Positions 48,736-53,451 of a stretch of 53,451 nucleotides of DNA are shown here, one piece after another (positions within the stretch are counted from its first letter, which is position 1; each line of letters opens with the position of its first letter). Origin of the DNA: a virus (lineage: Duplodnaviria; Caudoviricetes). Both the position numbers and the translations under genes were made by a program. The stretch lies in the IMG/VR virus record IMGVR_UViG_3300030333_004406, positions 1 through 53,451 of that record; one strand, written 5' to 3'. The notes beneath the pieces are model-generated. The model made no database searches, was not told where the DNA came from, and was given only the letters and a program-made list of their open reading frames with translations.

Positions 48736-50290
48736 CTGGTATTCTTATATTTGAAATTACACAATCTGCTGACATGATAGTTAAAGCTACACTTACAGCA
48801 TTTTTAAGTGCAGATTTAGTTACTAATACTGGATCAATTATTCCTTCTTTAATCATGTTAGGAAATGTTCCATTTACAACATTACAACCATATCCTTCTT
48901 TCATATTACTAGGATTCATAGATAATCCAGCGTTATCCATTATAGTTTCATATGGTGAAGACAATGCTTTTAACAACACTTTACCGGCTAGTCCGGTCGA
49001 AATTTTTTGAGAAGCATTTAATAAGGCTATTCCACCTCCTGGTACTATACCTTCTTTTAATGCTGCTTTTGTTGCAAATATACCATCTTCAACTCTATCT
49101 TTCTTTTCTTTTAACTCAACTTTAGAATTAGCACCAACTTTAATCATACCAACGCTTCCAGATAACATAGCTAATCTTTGCTCTAGTTTCTTTTTAATAT
49201 ATCCATTTTTCTCTTCAGCTAATTTCTTATTTAACTCATCTATTCTACCCTCAATATTCTCATTCATTCCTTCTAGTGTTAAAACTGTTGTTTTATCGTC
49301 AGTTATACTAGATTCAGCTTCACCCAAGTGTTCTGGTTTCATGAGATCTAAATCATCACCCAACTCCTCGTTAAGTACTGTAGCTCCGGTTAATATAGCT
49401 AAATCCTCAGTTGCGTCTTTTTTAGTAGGACCAAAACCTGGTAAATCTATAATATTAACTTTAATATTACCTTTAACTTTGTTCATCATGAGTGCCGACT
49501 TTACTGATTGCGCAACTGGTGCTATTATAAGTAAAGATCGGTTATTTTTTATAACGTGTTCTAATATGTTTTGTATTTTTCTTATATTAGGTATTTCAGA
49601 TGAACATATAAATACTAGCGGGTTGTCCAATTCACATGTATATTTCTCAGTATTTGTTACAAAATGCGGAGATGTTAATCCACAATCAACCTGAACGCCA
49701 TCCACAATGTCAACGTAAGTGTCCTCAGTTGGAGATTCTTCCATAAGCACAACTCCATCTTTGCCAACCTTCTCGTATGCCTCTGATATTATATTACCTA
49801 ACTCCTTATCATTATTGCATGATATAGAACTAACAGATTGCAACATGTCGCCCTCTACGTCAATTGCTATACTATTTAAATAGCTAATGACACTATCTAG
49901 TGTTTCATTTACTCCATCTTTAATTTCTCTGATTGTAAGACCATCTGCGATCGCAGTGTCTATTTGTTTGATTAGTGCTTCAGCTAAAACTGTAGCAGTT
50001 GTTGTGCCATCACCAGCTTCTTTGACTGTATTTCTAGCAGCTTCTTTTATTAAGGTTGCCCCCATGTTTTCAACCGGATCATATAAGACTACGCTTTCCG
50101 CAACGGTTACACCATCTTTTGTTATGACCGGTTTGCCCCTCCCGTCCTCGTAGACTACGCACCTTCCTGATGCACCTAAAGTGGACTTTACGGCTCGGGC
50201 TAATTTATTCACGCCGGTGATTACCTTAGCTTTAGCATCATCGCCAAAGCTAAGATCTTTCACCAACTCACTTGGTAAGTTGTATTCCAT
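48722..50290 (-). CDS. groEL: Phage chaperonin GroEL
   Basis: ITKDGVTVAE, AGDGTTTATVLA, GIVPGGG, GIIDP; no GGM tail. Confidence 0.95.
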   Translation of the reverse strand: MEYNLPSELVKDLSFGDDAKAKVITGVNKLARAVKSTLGASGRCVVYEDGRGKPVITKDGVTVAESVVLYDPVENMGATLIKEAARNTVKEAGDGTTTATVLAEALIKQIDTAIADGLTIREIKDGVNETLDSVISYLNSIAIDVEGDMLQSVSSISCNNDKELGNIISEAYEKVGKDGVVLMEESPTEDTYVDIVDGVQVDCGLTSPHFVTNTEKYTCELDNPLVFICSSEIPNIRKIQNILEHVIKNNRSLLIIAPVAQSVKSALMMNKVKGNIKVNIIDLPGFGPTKKDATEDLAILTGATVLNEELGDDLDLMKPEHLGEAESSITDDKTTVLTLEGMNENIEGRIDELNKKLAEEKNGYIKKKLEQRLAMLSGSVGMIKVGANSKVELKEKKDRVEDGIFATKAALKEGIVPGGGIALLNASQKISTGLAGKVLLKALSSPYETIMDNAGLSMNPSNMKEGYGCNVVNGTFPNMIKEGIIDPVLVTKSALKNAVSVALTIMSADCVISNIRIPDASN

Positions 50291-50333
50291 AATGTATTTG
50301 ATTTTATTAAATTAAATTGTGTAGATTAAGGCT

Positions 50334-51125
50334 CTACTTATAGTATCCTTTTGGCTTTTTAACCCATTCCCACACTTGTTTTCCAGACTCTTCTTTTTCA
50401 CCAAAACCACCTGTTTGTTTCCAAATGTAACCCTCTCTATCTCCTGTTCCATGAGTGTCAGCGTCTGTTGCTCCACCCGGTTCAACACCTTGTTGTTCTT
50501 CTCTGGTTTCAGTATGGTACTTTCTACCATCCCACATAAAGTTTTCTTTACCAGCTTTTCTAGCTGCAGCAAAAGCTTCCTTAAAAGTTTGTGTAGGTGT
50601 TTGGTTGTTTTTCTTAACTTTTTCTCCATCTACTTTTTTAACAACTTTTTCTCCACCCTTTTTAACAATAGTCTTGTCTGTTGTCACATTTAAACCTTCA
50701 CCTGATTTCTTTTTCTCGGTTCCTCTTATTACCTCTCCTTTATTGTTTTTTAAAGTTCTTGTAACCGCATCTTTTCTTCCTTGTTCGTTAGTTGTCTTTT
50801 GTGTTTCCAATGTAGCAACACCTAAGTCTCTATTAACATCTTTATTCAAATTAGCTCTCTTAGGTTTACCTTCTTTAATGTTTTTAACCATCTGTTTTTT
50901 TCTAGATAGTTTGTTCTTTACATTAGATATTCTATTTTCTAATCTCCCTTTTTTTCCTTCAGATATACCTTCTTTATTTAGCTTTTCTTCTAACCTTTGT
51001 TGTTTTTTAGTTAATCTTTCAACAGCTCTTTCAGATTGGTTTTTGTTTAAAGGGCCTGTAGCACCTTGTGCGCCTTGAGGAGGTTGATTTTGCCATCCGC
51101 CCCAGCCGTTCATTTTAAACGCCAT
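50334..51125 (-). CDS. Basic hypothetical protein with a MAFKM N-terminus and an F.EAF..AR...F.W.G..Y module
   Basis: MAFKMNGW..., Lys-rich coiled coil, TFKEAFAAARKAGKENFMWDGRKYHTE. Confidence 0.7.
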   Translation of the reverse strand: MAFKMNGWGGWQNQPPQGAQGATGPLNKNQSERAVERLTKKQQRLEEKLNKEGISEGKKGRLENRISNVKNKLSRKKQMVKNIKEGKPKRANLNKDVNRDLGVATLETQKTTNEQGRKDAVTRTLKNNKGEVIRGTEKKKSGEGLNVTTDKTIVKKGGEKVVKKVDGEKVKKNNQTPTQTFKEAFAAARKAGKENFMWDGRKYHTETREEQQGVEPGGATDADTHGTGDREGYIWKQTGGFGEKEESGKQVWEWVKKPKGYYK

Positions 51126-51147
51126 AATATTATTTTTTTATTGTTTA

Positions 51148-51522
51148 TTAATTAATTAATTTTTCCGCTTGAATAGCTTCTGCTTCCCAAGGGTGGTTTG
51201 GATGACCCTCTGGCCACCTGCCATTTGGTCCATCTATAACAGGTGTACCATTTTCTGTTTTTCTTAAATATATTTTACCCTCCCACATCACGTAATTATC
51301 ACCATAACCTGCTCTTCCTGATGCTATTTGCTCCATGTGACACATTTCATGCGCGATAACTTTTCTACCGAACTTACTATTTAAATCTATAGAAGGATCT
51401 ATATCTATAGATCCATCCATATTTGCTTGTGCTAAAGCGCCTTCGCCAGCATCACCTCTCTTAACGGTTACATTAAGCGAGCTTTTAATATCTCTTTTTT
51501 CACTTCCTAACTTAAAAGCCAT
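51148..51522 (-). CDS. Small zincin-like metallopeptidase
   Basis: VIAHEMCHMEQ (HExxH) plus distal PWEAEA; MAFKL N-terminus. Confidence 0.75.
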   Translation of the reverse strand: MAFKLGSEKRDIKSSLNVTVKRGDAGEGALAQANMDGSIDIDPSIDLNSKFGRKVIAHEMCHMEQIASGRAGYGDNYVMWEGKIYLRKTENGTPVIDGPNGRWPEGHPNHPWEAEAIQAEKLIN

Positions 51523-51524
51523 AA

Positions 51525-51911
51525 TTATTTCTTTTTCTTTCCTCTCATGCTTCTTTTTCTTTCTTTAGCTAGTATTTCTCTTATTCTATCGTCAGATAAA
51601 CCAGCGTATCTATGAGGTGCTCTTTTTTTAGCTTCTTCAACTTCATTTCCACCTTTAGGAGCATCGGTATTAATAGTATCATCATACGCCCAACCTCTAG
51701 CATCATACTCTTTTTTTCTGTATTCACTCCCAATTCTTCCTTTCGGTGGACCCAAAGTGTTAGATTTAGGATTTTCTTTGTCATCTAGGTAGTTTGTTTC
51801 CTTTTTTAAATGAGAACCCGTGCCGTAACCTGCACTCCATCCTTTCATTTTGAATCCTGATTTCTTATACATTGCAGATGATTTTCTGCTACCGTCTTTA
51901 TTCCAAGGCAT
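51525..51911 (-). CDS. Basic hypothetical protein with an FKMKGW motif
   Basis: SGFKMKGWSAG...SHLKKET; basic C-terminal tail. Confidence 0.65.
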   Translation of the reverse strand: MPWNKDGSRKSSAMYKKSGFKMKGWSAGYGTGSHLKKETNYLDDKENPKSNTLGPPKGRIGSEYRKKEYDARGWAYDDTINTDAPKGGNEVEEAKKRAPHRYAGLSDDRIREILAKERKRSMRGKKKK

Positions 51912-51918
51912 ATTCTGA

Positions 51919-52212
51919 TTATTTAAACGTTTTAACCACTTTTGGTCCTTTTATGTATTCCAATTTCTTACTGAAATGCTCAACACTACCTTCAATTGCA
52001 GCTTCTGCACCTTCTAAAGTTTCTCTACGGGTTATATCAACCCATACGTCATCTTCATTTGGTTTATTTACCTCTGTTTGGTAATAGCCATTTGGTAGTT
52101 GTGTGATTCTCCAGTTCTTTTTAGCTGCTAAGTGCTTCCACTCGCTAATTTGTTTTTCTGAAATTTTTGGTTCTGAGGTACTCGTAGTGCCTCTATAGTA
52201 TATGTATGTCAT
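51919..52212 (-). CDS. Conserved hypothetical phage protein
   Basis: 97 aa, WRITQLPNGYYQTE...WVDITRRET. Confidence 0.65.
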   Translation of the reverse strand: MTYIYYRGTTSTSEPKISEKQISEWKHLAAKKNWRITQLPNGYYQTEVNKPNEDDVWVDITRRETLEGAEAAIEGSVEHFSKKLEYIKGPKVVKTFK

Positions 52213-52262
52213 TGTTTTTGGTTTTTATTTATTTATTTGGTATAAGGATTTTCCTTATTCTA

Positions 52263-52802
52263 TTATCCTCTGTCGAACAACCACCATTCTAGTACCGGAT
52301 CACCAGCATTATTCTCTACATAGATATCACCTGTGTAATCCCATGGAAAGAAAGCAAATTCACCTGGTTTCAACGTGAATGTTCTCAGTGTTGTATTATC
52401 AGTGTTAGCTAAATGGCCATCTCCTGAGGCCGCTGGTGCTGTTGCGCCGTCCGCTCCTGTTAATGTCCCATCATTTCTATTGCAATTAGATACTATACCA
52501 ACATATATGCTGTCAGTACCTGATGTGTCTGTGTTTTTCATGTATAAAAAGCATCCTACACTACCCGGTGTCCATACATCTGATCCATGCAACGTCATTA
52601 CATCGTGACCATCTAATATTTGAACTGGTGAGCTAGTTGTTTTATATGTATTCTGTATAGTTCTATCAACCGTTAATCTACCACTAGCGTCTGCCGTTGG
52701 GGTTGTTGCTAGATTTAGCGTGAATGAAAATGGTCCTGGACTAGACTTAGCATCATCATTATTTTCAGCTGTTATACTAAATGTTGGTTTTATATAAGCC
52801 AT
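52263..52802 (-). CDS. Putative structural protein, paralog of 52815-53267
   Basis: Shares IKPT.SITA, GP.S..L.L, Y.KN and TLKPGEFA.FPWD.T.D with its neighbour. Confidence 0.7.
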   Translation of the reverse strand: MAYIKPTFSITAENNDDAKSSPGPFSFTLNLATTPTADASGRLTVDRTIQNTYKTTSSPVQILDGHDVMTLHGSDVWTPGSVGCFLYMKNTDTSGTDSIYVGIVSNCNRNDGTLTGADGATAPAASGDGHLANTDNTTLRTFTLKPGEFAFFPWDYTGDIYVENNAGDPVLEWWLFDRG

Positions 52803-52814
52803 ATCTTTTCTTTA

Positions 52815-53267
52815 TTATTGAGTTCTAGTAAATACCCACGATTCAAGACCGTTTGTAGCGGTTCCACCTACTGCATCCATAATTAGATCTGCAGTGAAAT
52901 CCCAAGGAAACCATGCAAATTCTCCTGGTTTTAGTGTCATTAATCTATCAGCCGCTCCATCAGCTTCTAGTGCTGCCGTAGATGCTTTATGACCAATAAG
53001 TATATTATACGATGCATGTAAATTTTTAACATATACAAATCCACCATCTGTACCAGATGTTTCAGCACCATCTGTAAATGCAGCTTCATCCCAAAGAACT
53101 TGATCATCTGCTACTGTTGGTGAAACTATTTTTGATTGAACAGCTGTAACATCTAAAGAATCTGTAGCTGATAGTGATAGTGCTATACTTAATGGTCCAG
53201 CGTCCGCGCTAGGCGTGTATGTTGAAGCATTTGCTGTTATTGATAATGTTGGTTTTATTATTCCCAT
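52815..53267 (-). CDS. Putative structural protein, paralog of 52263-52802
   Basis: Same shared motifs as the adjacent gene. Confidence 0.7.
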   Translation of the reverse strand: MGIIKPTLSITANASTYTPSADAGPLSIALSLSATDSLDVTAVQSKIVSPTVADDQVLWDEAAFTDGAETSGTDGGFVYVKNLHASYNILIGHKASTAALEADGAADRLMTLKPGEFAWFPWDFTADLIMDAVGGTATNGLESWVFTRTQ

Positions 53268-53321
53268 TTTAGTTTATTTTTTAAGCTTAATATTTTGTAC
53301 GATCTTGTCGTTTTTCTACAA

Positions 53322-53336
53322 TTAAGATAATTACAC
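53322..53336 (-). promoter_or_regulatory. Putative late-promoter motif (GTGTAATTATCTTAA)
   Basis: Upstream of the first gene of the minus-strand region; matches TGTAAyWAT. Confidence 0.45.
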
Positions 53337-53451
53337 AGAAGATTTGATATTTACTATGACATAAGCAGTTACTCATATACTTAACCGGGTATATGTCACT
53401 ATATAATCCCCGTATTGTAAATATTTAGGTTCTGCATCGCCCCCTCCCCCC

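Noticed and set aside
50455-51078. 207-aa plus-strand ORF and the other plus-strand ORFs beyond nt 700 (e.g. 6699-7103, 13397-13777, 47696-48088, 49341-49694)
   Set aside because: These are antisense shadows of well-supported minus-strand genes, with S/F/L-biased composition and no recognisable motifs.
1-53451. Stop-codon reassignment as in some Crassvirales
   Set aside because: Genes are long and unbroken under code 11. TAG (capsid, groES) and TGA (terminase, basic peptide) both serve as normal stops.
1-53451. CRISPR array, tRNA genes, integrase/IS elements, diversity-generating retroelement
   Set aside because: No regularly spaced repeats, cloverleaf-sized intergenic elements, recombinase, transposase or reverse-transcriptase motifs were seen by eye. 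tRNAscan-SE or CRISPR finders were not run.

Overview
This AT-rich window is part of a tailed dsDNA phage (Caudoviricetes) genome, with no tape measure or sheath gene seen, so probably podovirus-like. Gene order resembles Crassvirales-related marine phages. The host is very probably Bacteroidota/Flavobacteriia: AT-rich starts lack Shine-Dalgarno motifs, signal peptides are followed by Gln, and there is a T9SS-like C-terminal signal and an Hc1-like protein. On the + strand, only the 3' end of a class II ribonucleotide reductase and a small histone H1-like gene precede a bidirectional terminator at about 621-647. Everything else is one long minus-strand late region. From the right end it encodes: paralogous structural proteins, small FKM-motif proteins, a zincin, GroEL/GroES, a holin, terminase, portal, scaffold, major capsid protein and tail proteins. 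These are followed by three putative ejection proteins, including a 3978-aa multidomain protein, then a tail fibre and a MAM-domain protein. The region ends in a cell-envelope cassette: DUF5675 enzyme, outer-membrane beta-barrel, LDLa/T9SS-like secreted protein, SNase, membrane coiled-coil, Cys-less thioredoxin and a tiny Cys-rich peptide. The most interesting items are (1) the giant putative ejection protein, carrying a zincin, a sigma-70 region-2-like segment and a P-loop kinase nested inside a HAD phosphatase, (2) the secreted envelope cassette, (3) a shared N-terminal FKM motif and (4) a repeated TGTAA(C/T)WAT upstream motif. All calls come from motif recognition by eye; no database searches were run.
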